Shown: piece after piece, positions 43,863 to 53,973 of the stretch
How the letters are laid out: each line of letters begins with the position of its first letter
Numbering within the stretch: position 1 is the stretch's first letter
Virus record (IMG/VR): IMGVR_UViG_3300030330_005091
Location: 64,001 to 128,000 of that record
DNA from: a virus
Taxonomy: Duplodnaviria; Caudoviricetes
Length of the DNA stretch: 64,000 nucleotides
Reading direction: 5' to 3' (one strand)
Notes under the pieces: generated by a model
Databases searched by the model: none
What the model was told of the DNA's origin: nothing
The model's input: the letters and a program-made list of their open reading frames with translations, nothing else
Program-made: the position numbers and the translations under genes

Positions 43863-46800
43863 TTAAACTTGTTTTTGATAACTTAAAAATACTGGTAACT
43901 CAGATAGTCCTGATTTTTTAGCAAACCAAACGAGATCTTCGTTGCCTGTAATTTTAATTCTCCCATTTCTTCCAATCGCCAGAAACACTGGGGCCCTGGC
44001 GCCATTTCTAATAAATTCTTGGTATCTGCCTCTAAAGTCATTCATATCGCCCCTGTATTCTCTAGATATATACGGTTCCAATTCTTCCACTGGTATCATA
44101 ACATGGTAGCGCATGTCCGTGGTATCAGTGGGAGCGTCATACATCATAACGGAGCCCTCTGCCCAGTCATCTAATATTGTTTGTAATTGAGGTCGTGGAG
44201 TTTTTGTTTCTTTGCCATGTGTATATCTCTGTGCACCCAGGTTGCTGGCAACACCGCCACCAAAACCGTACTCTTGCAAGGATTGAATTTCGGAAAGCTT
44301 TTTCCCAGGTGTCACTTCAACGGGAGCGGACCAGCCTATACCGGGCCTATTTACAACAGTCACACCATCTATAGAATTCATGGTGGGAATTAGCTGTTCT
44401 TGAGCAAAAGTAAGACTTGACGCTTGCCCCTTAAGAGTGAATTTAACACCAAATCTAACGAATTCTCCACCAATAGTTTCTTTTGAGGCTTCAGATGTAA
44501 CAGTTGTGACGTTTGTGATCCCTCTTAATTGATCTTGAAGTTGTTTGGTTTTCCTTAATCTATCAGATGAAATTTTAGCATCTACTTCCATCTTGTATAA
44601 TCTTATATCCACATCTTCAACCAAGCTAGCTTGGCTGTTAATCAATCTTTCAATGCGATCAATCTGTGCTTCCATGCTTTCTTGCGCAGGTCTTGGTTCT
44701 CCAAGAGTTCCAGCCATTGTCTGTCCTTGTGCGAGGCGCATATTAACTGGTTGACCACCCATCATTTCTCTTTGGGCCGCGGCTAACTCACCAAACATAA
44801 CTGGGGCACCTGTATTGTTGTCAATTTGGCCCATATCGGAGTAAGAGCGAAAGTTGTTTTGTGATATTGGAATAAGAAACTTAGTGGCCATCACATATCT
44901 TTCAGCTTCCCCCATGTCAGAGTAATTGCTTTCAAACCATTGCAAGATGGTGACTATTCTATTCGCAACTTCACCAGTAGCACCATCAGCCTCAATTTTT
45001 CCGTAAACATCCATACCTCTGTTGATGAGATCTTGTATCTCTTGGTTGTCCATCACTTTGTCTTTACGTCTTTGTATGTTCTCCATCAGCCCATCAACAT
45101 ACGTGCCAATAACTTTGTCGGCTGCTTGGGTTACAAGCTCTTCGTGCTCGTTTAAATACGCAGCAATATCTTGGATAATTTCAGCTTCATCTGGCTCAGA
45201 CTCAGGACTAATGCGCATGCGATACAACCACTTGATACCTATGCTGGGATATCTTCTACTTCTTTGAGAGGAAAACGGACCACCATGATAGGTAACATCA
45301 GAAAACACAACAAAGTCTGTATCGTCTGCCAAGATCATAGTTGGATCAACGTCCTTGTATTGATCTCCAAAGTCAAAGCTTTGCTGGCCTTCTGGTGCGC
45401 GCTTAGACTTAATCTGTGCTGTGATACCTCTTGATAGTTCGCGGGCAAATGCGTTAGCGATAATAGGATCGTTAATACCTTGCTTGTTAGCAAAGCTGTA
45501 TCTCTGACCAAACCCAAACATTTCTCTCATCACAGCATCAGGGTTGATGCCCATGCGGTTGCCTGTTCCTGTTCCATACATTTGTGCTCTCACGTCATCA
45601 AGCGGTGGCTGTCCTGAGTATGTGTGAAGCGGCTGGCCGTCATCAGCGGTCCAGTCAAACTCAAGCATGCTGCCCTGTTGCTTTACATGCCATTTATCGA
45701 GGTTTGTCAGCTTCATCAACTCTTCTTTTGAGCGGTCGTAGGCAGTCTTTGCCATGTAACCACCTTCAGCAAGGTTCTGTCTAATTTGCTCCCTATAATT
45801 GTCGGCAGTATCTTCTTCAAATGCCAGCATGTTATCGACAAACTCATCAAACTCTGGCACATCACCATCGTCATCAACAGATAAATTTTGATTGGTGTAT
45901 AATGTTATTCTTAAATGTGCGGTGGGCTTTTCTGACCCAGCTGGCACGCCTGCGGGCTGCGCGCCGATGAGCATTACTAAGTCATATTCATAGTCGCCGT
46001 CATCTCCAGGCATCTCATACATCATGTCATCGACGCCAATTTCGTCAATAAAGTCACGCATTTTGCTGTATGTTCTTGGGATCTCTTCAAAGTCTTGCGG
46101 ATTTTCAGGGGGGCTGCCGGCTACGTAGCCGCTTTCGGTTTCTTCAATGCCAGTCCAGCCAAGGTTAATTTCAAAGCTATACTGAGCACTGGCATAGCAA
46201 TAAATGTCATGTGCATCCATTTCTTCTATAGTGTAACCAACGCTTCCATATTCAAGTTCGTCTTGGTTGTCAATATAGCGTTGTTCAACATTTGCACAAT
46301 AATCTTCAGCTTTCTCCATACGATCTTCAATTGAACCGTGGAAGCTGGCGTTGGTTTGACTGGCGAGGTATTCAATCATTTCTTGGATTGTTTCAACATC
46401 ACTTGAATGTTCACCTGTCTCTTCTACATTTTGGACATTATAATTGTTAATGAACCATGCGATATGATCCCAAGTCTCTTCGGGCGGTGCATCGTTTGAA
46501 CGACCCTTGATTTGATAAATAGTGCTCTCGTATTCGCTATAAGTCATTGTAATATAAGATGACGATTCACGGCGCTTACCTTGCTTCTTGCGGAGAGACA
46601 CAAGCACCCCACGGCTGTCAGAGCCACAGTGTCCCATTCGTGATGCCTCGACATCGCAAGAAGACACATTCAAATTGTACCAGTAGGAACCATCATCAAA
46701 TGTGTGCATGACAAACTCTGGATCTTCTTTATCTCGAAGGTATCTCTCAGCATATTCCTGTGCATCCTGAATGCTGTATTCATCTTTGATTAATTCATAG

Positions 46801-47402
46801 TTGGTAGCGTCATCATTAAGGAATGCGACAAGTTCCGAGTATTGGCTCAACCACTGGTGAAAAGCCTTAGTGTAAATTGAGCGTAGATACTCTTTAATGC
46901 TCTCGACCTTTTCGCTTGGAAGCCCTGCTTTGCTTAAGCCCTTAACAGCTTTCATGAATGCCTTACGCCACTGTCCCATAGGTTTGCCAACTGCATTGCG
47001 AATATTTTGAATAACAAATTTGACTTTTTCGTTTTGTTTTATTCTCTCGTCGTCATACATCTCCCGCTCTTTCTCTGGCTCGTCCATATTGTAGCTTGGT
47101 AATGTGCGGGCCTCTATATCATCGCCTACAGATTGGTGTTGTTTTATAACATATTGATCAAGTTGTTTGATAAGAAAAGACAGAACCTCATATCTGAATG
47201 ATTCGGTTGTATAATACCCAGCTATGGTGCCTCTAGATTGCTTCCATCCATTCGCAATATACATGCGGGCTTTCTCGGATGCATCAGGCATTGCGTCTTC
47301 TAAATAATCAATAACAAACTCTGGAAGACCTATATCTCTCAGCCCTTCTGTTAAAACTTCTTCACGAAGATACTCAAACCAATTGCCTGTAGAAATGTCC
47401 AT
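43863..47402 (-). CDS. large multi-domain virion-type protein (PcfJ-like domain; ParB-like C-terminus)
   Basis: EASRMGHCG...LVSLR...YQIKGRSND; C-terminal PVFL..GNEDL..AKKSGLSELPV; WFEYLREE leader. Confidence 0.7.
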   Translation of the reverse strand: MDISTGNWFEYLREEVLTEGLRDIGLPEFVIDYLEDAMPDASEKARMYIANGWKQSRGTIAGYYTTESFRYEVLSFLIKQLDQYVIKQHQSVGDDIEARTLPSYNMDEPEKEREMYDDERIKQNEKVKFVIQNIRNAVGKPMGQWRKAFMKAVKGLSKAGLPSEKVESIKEYLRSIYTKAFHQWLSQYSELVAFLNDDATNYELIKDEYSIQDAQEYAERYLRDKEDPEFVMHTFDDGSYWYNLNVSSCDVEASRMGHCGSDSRGVLVSLRKKQGKRRESSSYITMTYSEYESTIYQIKGRSNDAPPEETWDHIAWFINNYNVQNVEETGEHSSDVETIQEMIEYLASQTNASFHGSIEDRMEKAEDYCANVEQRYIDNQDELEYGSVGYTIEEMDAHDIYCYASAQYSFEINLGWTGIEETESGYVAGSPPENPQDFEEIPRTYSKMRDFIDEIGVDDMMYEMPGDDGDYEYDLVMLIGAQPAGVPAGSEKPTAHLRITLYTNQNLSVDDDGDVPEFDEFVDNMLAFEEDTADNYREQIRQNLAEGGYMAKTAYDRSKEELMKLTNLDKWHVKQQGSMLEFDWTADDGQPLHTYSGQPPLDDVRAQMYGTGTGNRMGINPDAVMREMFGFGQRYSFANKQGINDPIIANAFARELSRGITAQIKSKRAPEGQQSFDFGDQYKDVDPTMILADDTDFVVFSDVTYHGGPFSSQRSRRYPSIGIKWLYRMRISPESEPDEAEIIQDIAAYLNEHEELVTQAADKVIGTYVDGLMENIQRRKDKVMDNQEIQDLINRGMDVYGKIEADGATGEVANRIVTILQWFESNYSDMGEAERYVMATKFLIPISQNNFRSYSDMGQIDNNTGAPVMFGELAAAQREMMGGQPVNMRLAQGQTMAGTLGEPRPAQESMEAQIDRIERLINSQASLVEDVDIRLYKMEVDAKISSDRLRKTKQLQDQLRGITNVTTVTSEASKETIGGEFVRFGVKFTLKGQASSLTFAQEQLIPTMNSIDGVTVVNRPGIGWSAPVEVTPGKKLSEIQSLQEYGFGGGVASNLGAQRYTHGKETKTPRPQLQTILDDWAEGSVMMYDAPTDTTDMRYHVMIPVEELEPYISREYRGDMNDFRGRYQEFIRNGARAPVFLAIGRNGRIKITGNEDLVWFAKKSGLSELPVFLSYQKQV

Positions 47403-47440
47403 TTATTTACCTCTTTCACAATAAATAGTATTGTTTATAA

Positions 47441-48202
47441 CTAACCGCTGGCAAAAAGGTCAGTCTTAAAAAGCGCTGCTGTGTCTTGCCAACATTCTAC
47501 TTCAACAGCTTCTCCATTAGGACAACGCTTGACTGCTTCTGCAAGCGAATGATCATTGCCAGGAAACGGGATTCGGTCTCCAACAAATACGATACGATGG
47601 TCTTCTAGTTTATCTGCGAAGTGTGTGATGACTTGACCTTTATCGTGACCTTTGTTAAAAATATCAATACTCACAGCGCCACCAATCACAAAGTCAAGAG
47701 TTGGATGCTTCTTAGATAGCTTTGCTACAATCTTTTCTCTCTCTTTGTTTTCTTTATCATACTCTTCGTATTCTTTGCGTTGTTTCATCGTAGCGTTACG
47801 ACCAACAATAGAAAAGTTTACCATGCCGACACGTTCTTCATAATGGCGACCGGTCTTGGTGTGGTAGCCCGAATTCATAACATAGCGTTCAAGTTCGCTA
47901 AAGAACAACTTAGGCTTATCAACAGTAAATTTGTTTTCATATATAAGTGACCAAGAGCTATATCCATCTATGTCTGTTATTTTTTTATAGTGCGCATTTC
48001 CCATACAAGAAAACACCCCAAGCATTTGATCAGTGATTTTGCGACCAAGTTGATCTACAATTCTTGGAAACGAACCACCAGACACAATATAGGCTTCTTT
48101 CTGCTTCTGCCAATTATAAAAATCTTTGGCAAAGCTCTGCTCTATTTTACTTTTTGCTGGTGTCAGTGTGCCATCTACATCGAACAAATAGATAGTTTTC
48201 AT
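47441..48202 (-). CDS. phosphomannomutase, eukaryotic PMM-type HAD
   Basis: LFDVDGTLT, EERVGMVNFSIVGRNA, GGAVSIDIF, FVGD...GND. Confidence 0.85.
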   Translation of the reverse strand: MKTIYLFDVDGTLTPAKSKIEQSFAKDFYNWQKQKEAYIVSGGSFPRIVDQLGRKITDQMLGVFSCMGNAHYKKITDIDGYSSWSLIYENKFTVDKPKLFFSELERYVMNSGYHTKTGRHYEERVGMVNFSIVGRNATMKQRKEYEEYDKENKEREKIVAKLSKKHPTLDFVIGGAVSIDIFNKGHDKGQVITHFADKLEDHRIVFVGDRIPFPGNDHSLAEAVKRCPNGEAVEVECWQDTAALFKTDLFASG

Positions 48203-48528
48203 CGGTCGTAGTCATCCGCAAGTCTCACAACATCGTTCAAATGCGGTGTGCTAACTTCAACAATCTCGACGGAGCTTTCGTTGGCGCCAAACCTGTGTAT
48301 TTGTCCTACGTTGACATGAAATGATTGGCCTGGTGTGAATTTCTGGATGTTGTCGTCTTGGTCATAGTTATACAATGTGCCCTTAAGGACATACACTGTC
48401 TCTTCTTTGACCTCGTGAAATTGTTTTGATAGGCGATGGCCAGCATTGATATGCAAAATTTTACCTACATAGTCGCCAGTTTCAGCCCAGATAATTTCGT
48501 GTCCCCAAGGTTTTTCAACTCTTCTCAT
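48199..48528 (-). CDS. cupin, mannose-6-phosphate isomerase type-II-like domain
   Basis: EKPWG, LSKQFH..KEE, HRF, EVSTP..DVVRL.DDY.R. Confidence 0.85.
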   Translation of the reverse strand: MRRVEKPWGHEIIWAETGDYVGKILHINAGHRLSKQFHEVKEETVYVLKGTLYNYDQDDNIQKFTPGQSFHVNVGQIHRFGANESSVEIVEVSTPHLNDVVRLADDYDR

Positions 48529-48529
48529 A

Positions 48530-48880
48530 TCATCTCCAAAATAATTGTATACCAACGATAGCAAACGATAGTGCTACGCAAAGCATTGTTTTCACTGTAA
48601 ACATACTTTCATTTAAAAAATACCAAGTTAAAATAGGAAAGGTAAAATATGACATACAAAAGATTAAAAATCTTGGACCCCACACTTCTCCCCACTCTTC
48701 ATAACAAAGCTTGATTCCATACCAAAAACAGATGCCTGTTGGAATAGAGAACAACGTTGCTGATAGTATCGGCTTGTCCTTCCACCAATCCCACACGAAC
48801 TGAGAATTAAGCTGGAACCATCCTAATGTTTGCCCCATCACAAACAAAAAGCATGCAAATAAAATATTAAAAGTTGGCAA
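48530..48880 (-). CDS. 4-TM DMT/SMR-like membrane protein
   Basis: four hydrophobic segments, YFLNE motif. Confidence 0.6.
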   Translation of the reverse strand: MPTFNILFACFLFVMGQTLGWFQLNSQFVWDWWKDKPILSATLFSIPTGICFWYGIKLCYEEWGEVWGPRFLIFCMSYFTFPILTWYFLNESMFTVKTMLCVALSFAIVGIQLFWR

Positions 48881-49634
48881 TTATAACCTCGACTGCGTTT
48901 TCTTTATTATCTGTTTTTTTACCATATTTGTCAATAAAAATTTTATTACTTGATTTAAAAAACTTGTCAACCCTCTTGTCGAAGTTGTAAATCAGCATTA
49001 GTTTTTTATCTGTTTCACCCAATAGCTTCTTTAGTTTTCGGTGATCGATTGTGTAAGTATCATAACTTTGGCTTTTACCATGTTCAAATAAATTATAACT
49101 AAAGTTTCCAGCAAACACAAGAACGTAATCACCATGTAATTCACCTTTAATTGGCTCTATGAAATCTTCTGTTTTATCTAAAACAAAATGTATATTGCTC
49201 GATGATTTGAAAGTCCTCAAGTTTCCCAAGGCCACCGGGTTAAATGATTGATTCACCAATTTGCCAAAAGACACCGCACCAGTTTCAGACATCTGGTTCA
49301 GTGTAAAAAATATAGCGCTACGAACAATAGGATCTTTAAACTCCACCCATCTTCTTTGCATGATCTCATACATTGTGGGGTGAAACTTAAACTGATCTGC
49401 TGTTACAATCTTATACATTCTAGCTGGATCTGATTGAAGCGACCACCAGAATTCGTATATTGCATACTTGTTTGTGTGCGCTATGACAAAGCGTTCGTAT
49501 TCTGCTAAGTTTATCTCTACATCGCCGGCAAACAACAAAAAGGTATCTACAGCCGATCCAGCAGGTATAATTTCAAGCAGTTGTCTTAGGCATTTCTTTG
49601 GAGAATTTGGATTTTTGAGAGGCGACTGTATCAT
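48867..49634 (-). CDS. degenerate Dam (D12-class) methyltransferase-like protein
   Basis: SPL..P..K N-terminus, FLLFAGDV motif-I remnant, EVIIANF end; no DPPY. Confidence 0.55.
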   Translation of the reverse strand: MIQSPLKNPNSPKKCLRQLLEIIPAGSAVDTFLLFAGDVEINLAEYERFVIAHTNKYAIYEFWWSLQSDPARMYKIVTADQFKFHPTMYEIMQRRWVEFKDPIVRSAIFFTLNQMSETGAVSFGKLVNQSFNPVALGNLRTFKSSSNIHFVLDKTEDFIEPIKGELHGDYVLVFAGNFSYNLFEHGKSQSYDTYTIDHRKLKKLLGETDKKLMLIYNFDKRVDKFFKSSNKIFIDKYGKKTDNKENAVEVIIANF

Positions 49635-50037
49635 ATGTATCTTGCATACTATTGGATTTAAATTGTTGTAATTTTGATTCTAATTCATCTAGCTTATCTT
49701 CTGCGTGCACTTCGGGTGCCGGATAGAGTTCTGGCTCCAACTCTTGATCTTGGGCCTGCTCATCTTCTTGCTTCTCAGGTGTGGTAACATAATTAATATA
49801 TCCGTTCATTATATTGGCAACATCGAGCAAGGAGTGATCGATAGAAGCAATTTTAGATCTTATTTCATTGATATTATATATGGATTGCAACGAAATATCA
49901 ACTTGCTCATCACCTTCGCTTACTGTCATCATCGACAATTGCTTTAATTGCGAATCGATTAGCTTAGACAATCTATCCAATTCAGACGGAAGTTCCTCAA
50001 TATCAACGGAATATTGAATGTTTACTCTTTGTGACAT
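49573..50037 (-). CDS. hypothetical protein
   Basis: GAGG SD; coiled-coil. Confidence 0.6.
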   Translation of the reverse strand: MSQRVNIQYSVDIEELPSELDRLSKLIDSQLKQLSMMTVSEGDEQVDISLQSIYNINEIRSKIASIDHSLLDVANIMNGYINYVTTPEKQEDEQAQDQELEPELYPAPEVHAEDKLDELESKLQQFKSNSMQDTYDTVASQKSKFSKEMPKTTA

Positions 50038-50038
50038 T

Positions 50039-50329
50039 TTAACCTCTTAGTAATTGTTTGTTTGAATTTAATGAGTTTTCTACAACCTCTGGTGAGCCCA
50101 CAACAATTATTTCAGTTCCTGTGTGACCCCTGTTGATCGTTAATTTAGTGAATCTATGTTCTGAACGTAGACCAGTTGGCAATAAACCTTGTTCATTTAG
50201 TGAACGCATTCTAGCCTCTTCTCTTATCATAATCACGTGCTCAGGGTTCACGAAAACATCTCTTAAAGTGTAATCTTGTTTTGTAGTAAGTGCACCATTT
50301 TGACATACTTCTGTTAGTTTTACCAGCAT
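50039..50329 (-). CDS. FlbD-like small protein
   Basis: VKLT...FVNPEHV..IRE...T.L......V..SPE.V. Confidence 0.55.
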   Translation of the reverse strand: MLVKLTEVCQNGALTTKQDYTLRDVFVNPEHVIMIREEARMRSLNEQGLLPTGLRSEHRFTKLTINRGHTGTEIIVVGSPEVVENSLNSNKQLLRG

Positions 50330-50544
50330 TCTTGCTCCATCGGATATATACACTTTAACGACACTGATGTTTCTTGGCCCAAGGCAAAAACCCTACAAGT
50401 ATTAAATGCATCCATTTTTAAAAAGACTCCTGTAATTGGCTTCTTAGTTTTGAAATAGTTTAGATTAGGTGTATTCTCTTCAACGTCCCACAAATCAACA
50501 TCTTGTGGAATATAAATTAGGTCCCCTTTCTTCATGGTTATCAT
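50320..50544 (-). CDS. small SH3/KOW-like protein
   Basis: MKKGDLIYI. Confidence 0.6.
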   Translation of the reverse strand: MITMKKGDLIYIPQDVDLWDVEENTPNLNYFKTKKPITGVFLKMDAFNTCRVFALGQETSVSLKCIYPMEQECW

Positions 50545-50547
50545 ATT

Positions 50548-52125
50548 TTACTCCGTTTGAATGATGCCGTAGTTGGTAGTAATTAGTGTGCCAGCGCAAC
50601 TTGCAGCATTTTGAAGTGCTGTTCTTGTTACTTTTACAGGATCAACTATACCACTGTCGAATAATTTTGTCAACTCTTGAGTTTTAAAATTCCAACCACA
50701 GTCATCATCACTAGTTTCTAAAATTTTTGATATAATAATATCAGCAGATATCTGCCCTGAGTTTGTAGCCATTTGTCTTATTGGTTCACGGCATGCCGCT
50801 TGTATAACTGAGGCGCCTATAGCTTGATCCGTGCTGTTCGTGGTAACCACAAGAGAACTGCTTGCTCTCAGTAACGAGGCACCACCGCCGGCAACTATAC
50901 CCTCATCAAGCGCTGATCTAACAGCCTCCAAGGCATCTTCGATACGATGTTTTCTTTCGGTCATTTCAACTTCTGTTGAGCCTCCGACTCGAATAACCGC
51001 TACTCCCGAAGAGAGTCTGACGATCCTACCTTGTATTCTTTCACACTCATCCATTGATTCTGTTTCTTGTATTTGTGATTTTAGACTTTCAATTTTTGTT
51101 TCGACGCCTTCAAAGTCACATTCTCCGCCAACAATTGTTGTAAAATACTTACTGCATTCGATTGACTTAGCACTACCCAAGTCAGCTAATGTTACTTCGT
51201 TTAATTTTGTGCCACTCTCGCGGCTGATAAACGAGGCGCCAGTAGATATTGCAAGATCTTGCAGCAGATCTCTGCGTTCCTCTCCATAAAATGGAGCCTT
51301 GATCGCTGCTATCTTCAGCGTGCCACGCATAGCATTCATGATCATCGCTGCCAATGCTTGACCTTCAATATCTTCTGCAACAAAGATAAGTGGACGACTT
51401 TCTCTTGCGGCCATCTCCAAGATAGGCATGATGGGCTCAACAGCAGAAATCTTATGGTCTGTTACCAAAATAAGTGGTTCCTCATGTGACATGATTGATC
51501 TGCGCTCATCTGTTACAAATGCGCCAGCGGCATACCCTGCCTGAAATCTAAATCCTTCAGTTATATCAACAGATGTTTCAAGCGACCGAGATTCTTCGAT
51601 TGTGATTGATCCATCTTGGCCAACCTTATCAACAGCCATAGCGATCAGTTTGCCAATCGTGACGTCATTATTAGCGGAAATGGTCGCAATGTGTTCGATA
51701 TCCTCAATGCTCCGAATTGGGTGAGATAAGTCTTTTAGGTTCTTAACCACCTCATCGACGGCTAACAGAATGCCGCGCTGTAGCTCAGTAGGGGAGACAC
51801 CTGATGCAATAAACCGCTGTGACTCTCGCAAAATAGCACGCGCTAGCACTGTCGCAGTCGTTGTGCCATCACCAGCATCAGAATTAGTTTGCACTGCTGC
51901 TTGTTTGATAACTTGCACGGCTGCGTTTTCAATAGGATCTTCAAGAGCAACAAACTGTGCCACTGTCACGCCATCTTTTGTGACAAATGGGGTCTTACCC
52001 TTTTCTTGTAGCAGAACATTTCGACCTCTTGGGCCAAGTGTTGATGCAACATTGTCTGCTAAAATGTTGGCCCCTCTCATAATTTTTTGTTGTAGTGTTT
52101 GGTTGTCGTCGTATTCTCGACTCAT
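50548..52125 (-). CDS. groEL: GroEL-like chaperonin
   Basis: TLGPRGRNV, TKDGVTVA, GDGTTTATVLA, GIVAGGG, DPVKVTRTAL. Confidence 0.95.
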   Translation of the reverse strand: MSREYDDNQTLQQKIMRGANILADNVASTLGPRGRNVLLQEKGKTPFVTKDGVTVAQFVALEDPIENAAVQVIKQAAVQTNSDAGDGTTTATVLARAILRESQRFIASGVSPTELQRGILLAVDEVVKNLKDLSHPIRSIEDIEHIATISANNDVTIGKLIAMAVDKVGQDGSITIEESRSLETSVDITEGFRFQAGYAAGAFVTDERRSIMSHEEPLILVTDHKISAVEPIMPILEMAARESRPLIFVAEDIEGQALAAMIMNAMRGTLKIAAIKAPFYGEERRDLLQDLAISTGASFISRESGTKLNEVTLADLGSAKSIECSKYFTTIVGGECDFEGVETKIESLKSQIQETESMDECERIQGRIVRLSSGVAVIRVGGSTEVEMTERKHRIEDALEAVRSALDEGIVAGGGASLLRASSSLVVTTNSTDQAIGASVIQAACREPIRQMATNSGQISADIIISKILETSDDDCGWNFKTQELTKLFDSGIVDPVKVTRTALQNAASCAGTLITTNYGIIQTE

Positions 52126-52147
52126 TGTTACCTCGAAGTTATGTTAT

Positions 52148-52176
52148 ATTATAATATCATATGAAAACTTTGTCAA
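52148..52176 (-). promoter_or_regulatory. consensus sigma70 promoter of groEL
   Basis: TTGACA-N17-TATAAT. Confidence 0.8.
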
Positions 52177-52178
52177 GT

Positions 52179-53963
52179 TTATTTATCAGTTTTAAGGATT
52201 TCTTTTGAACTAATATTATTGGCATTTTGAATTGAAGCATTAGCTAAAGAATCATCAGCTAAGCCTCCAGCAAAGAAAGTGTTGAGACTGTCAGATAATA
52301 TTTTAAGCGACCTGAATATTTCTGTTACCTCGTCATTCAATATGTCCCTGATGTTGTTCACAACTTTTGCAACTTCTTCGCGGCCAACTCTAATTGAACC
52401 TACTGCTATTGTGTTCGTGGGCGCTCCTTGGTTTACTGCTTGTCTTTGATTTAAAGAAAAGTGACCGGTTGTAAGATAGCCCCAGCTATTCAATAGTGCC
52501 ACGCGCTTTTGACGTGGACCCATTTCTTTATATGCTCTTGCAGACTCTTCAGGGCTCAAGAATTCTCCTTCAGCAACCATGCGCTTAATTTCGCTAGCAC
52601 GCTCATCAGCTTGGCGTTTCTTTGATTGACCTTTAATGACAGCATTATTGGCAGCAACAACCATGCTTGCTAATTGATACTCTCCTACCTTGGCGCCGGC
52701 CTCTGTTCTCATTGGAAGCCAATCAAGGTCATCCAATATTTTTCTCACAAGTTGCTTATTCAGTGCAGAGCGGCCTCTTACTACACCTTTGTTGACTGTT
52801 TCGTCGCCTAATTTTGGAGTCCAGTCTAAGAATAGTTCGTCTTTTTTTCCATAGTCTAAGCCTTGCAGAACATCATCGGTTTGCATTTGAGATAACGCTA
52901 CACCTTTTTGGGTAAGTATTTCATTAAGGTAAGCAATAAATTGTTTTTCAAGCTCTTCATCACTTGGTAAGTTTTGCTCACTTGGTAATCGATCAGCCAT
53001 GCTTACACCATCGACTCGGCCGGCCCTTAAGGCACTAACAATTTCTTTGGGTAGCATAATGCATTGTTGTGACTTTGGTTTAGAAACAGCAATAATATCT
53101 AAAACATTATCCAAACTAAAATCGAACTGGTAGAAATCGATTTGGCCTTCTTGTTCTAAGTCATCGCCGGCTAACGTCTTTGTGCATACCACGTAGCGCA
53201 TAGCGCCCCCAATAGAGTTGGGATACTTTGGATCAACCAAATCCCTAACAAGGTCTGTATAGCTGCCGCCAACCTCCAGATTACCTTCTTTGTAGAGCTT
53301 AAGGCTCACTGGGATTTCTTCGCCACTTGCTCTATCAACATAGTCGGCAATAGTTCCAGTGTTTGCTGGGATTTGGAACCCATTTACCAGTGCGGCAAGA
53401 AACGATTCAAAGCTAAAGCCGGCTGATGATGCATTGAAGTTCGTGATAACTTTCGTAAGTGTTTTATAAAACACAAGATATGAGATAGCCTGTGCGATTC
53501 TTTTCGTTCTGTCGTTCCCGGCTTGCTGCTCAACCATGCCAACGCCGTTGGAGTAGAACTGGGAGACACTTCTAATCTTGTCTGCAAAATCTGAACCTTG
53601 AATATTACTAAGGTAACCCTCTAGAAGCTTCCTTTGCGGGCCTTTTATTTCACCAGCTTCTCCGTCGCCAGGGGTTCGAACATCAGACCAGCCAATCTCA
53701 GAAACTTCAATGTTAGGGATCATCTTGAGAATCATTTCGATAGCCTCTTCATCAGATGCTCCATCGATATTTGGTGCCTCTTCCTTTATTTGGTCCACTG
53801 CTTCGGTAGAAGAAACAGCTTCTTCAATCATCGACATCAAAGTCCTCAAGTCTATTTTTTGAGCCTCTTTGATAAAATCTTCTTTCAAAACTTGCTCTAT
53901 TTGTGGAACATCTTGTTCGTGTCTCTCAACTTCTATGAACATATCTTTAATGTAATCAGCCAT
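52179..53963 (-). CDS. 594-aa protein, possible PD-(D/E)xK nuclease-like core, virion-type leader
   Basis: AGFSFESFLAAL..G...IADY...VSLKLY; L/I-K-E sites in N-terminus. Confidence 0.55.
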   Translation of the reverse strand: MADYIKDMFIEVERHEQDVPQIEQVLKEDFIKEAQKIDLRTLMSMIEEAVSSTEAVDQIKEEAPNIDGASDEEAIEMILKMIPNIEVSEIGWSDVRTPGDGEAGEIKGPQRKLLEGYLSNIQGSDFADKIRSVSQFYSNGVGMVEQQAGNDRTKRIAQAISYLVFYKTLTKVITNFNASSAGFSFESFLAALVNGFQIPANTGTIADYVDRASGEEIPVSLKLYKEGNLEVGGSYTDLVRDLVDPKYPNSIGGAMRYVVCTKTLAGDDLEQEGQIDFYQFDFSLDNVLDIIAVSKPKSQQCIMLPKEIVSALRAGRVDGVSMADRLPSEQNLPSDEELEKQFIAYLNEILTQKGVALSQMQTDDVLQGLDYGKKDELFLDWTPKLGDETVNKGVVRGRSALNKQLVRKILDDLDWLPMRTEAGAKVGEYQLASMVVAANNAVIKGQSKKRQADERASEIKRMVAEGEFLSPEESARAYKEMGPRQKRVALLNSWGYLTTGHFSLNQRQAVNQGAPTNTIAVGSIRVGREEVAKVVNNIRDILNDEVTEIFRSLKILSDSLNTFFAGGLADDSLANASIQNANNISSKEILKTDK

Positions 53964-53973
53964 TTAATTTCCT

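Noticed and set aside
47441-48202. Eukaryotic virus or cellular origin suggested by PMM, GroEL, ClpP, DnaE
   Set aside because: SD sites, sigma70 promoters, fibre genes, single-strand gene packing and absence of cellular operons indicate a bacteriophage
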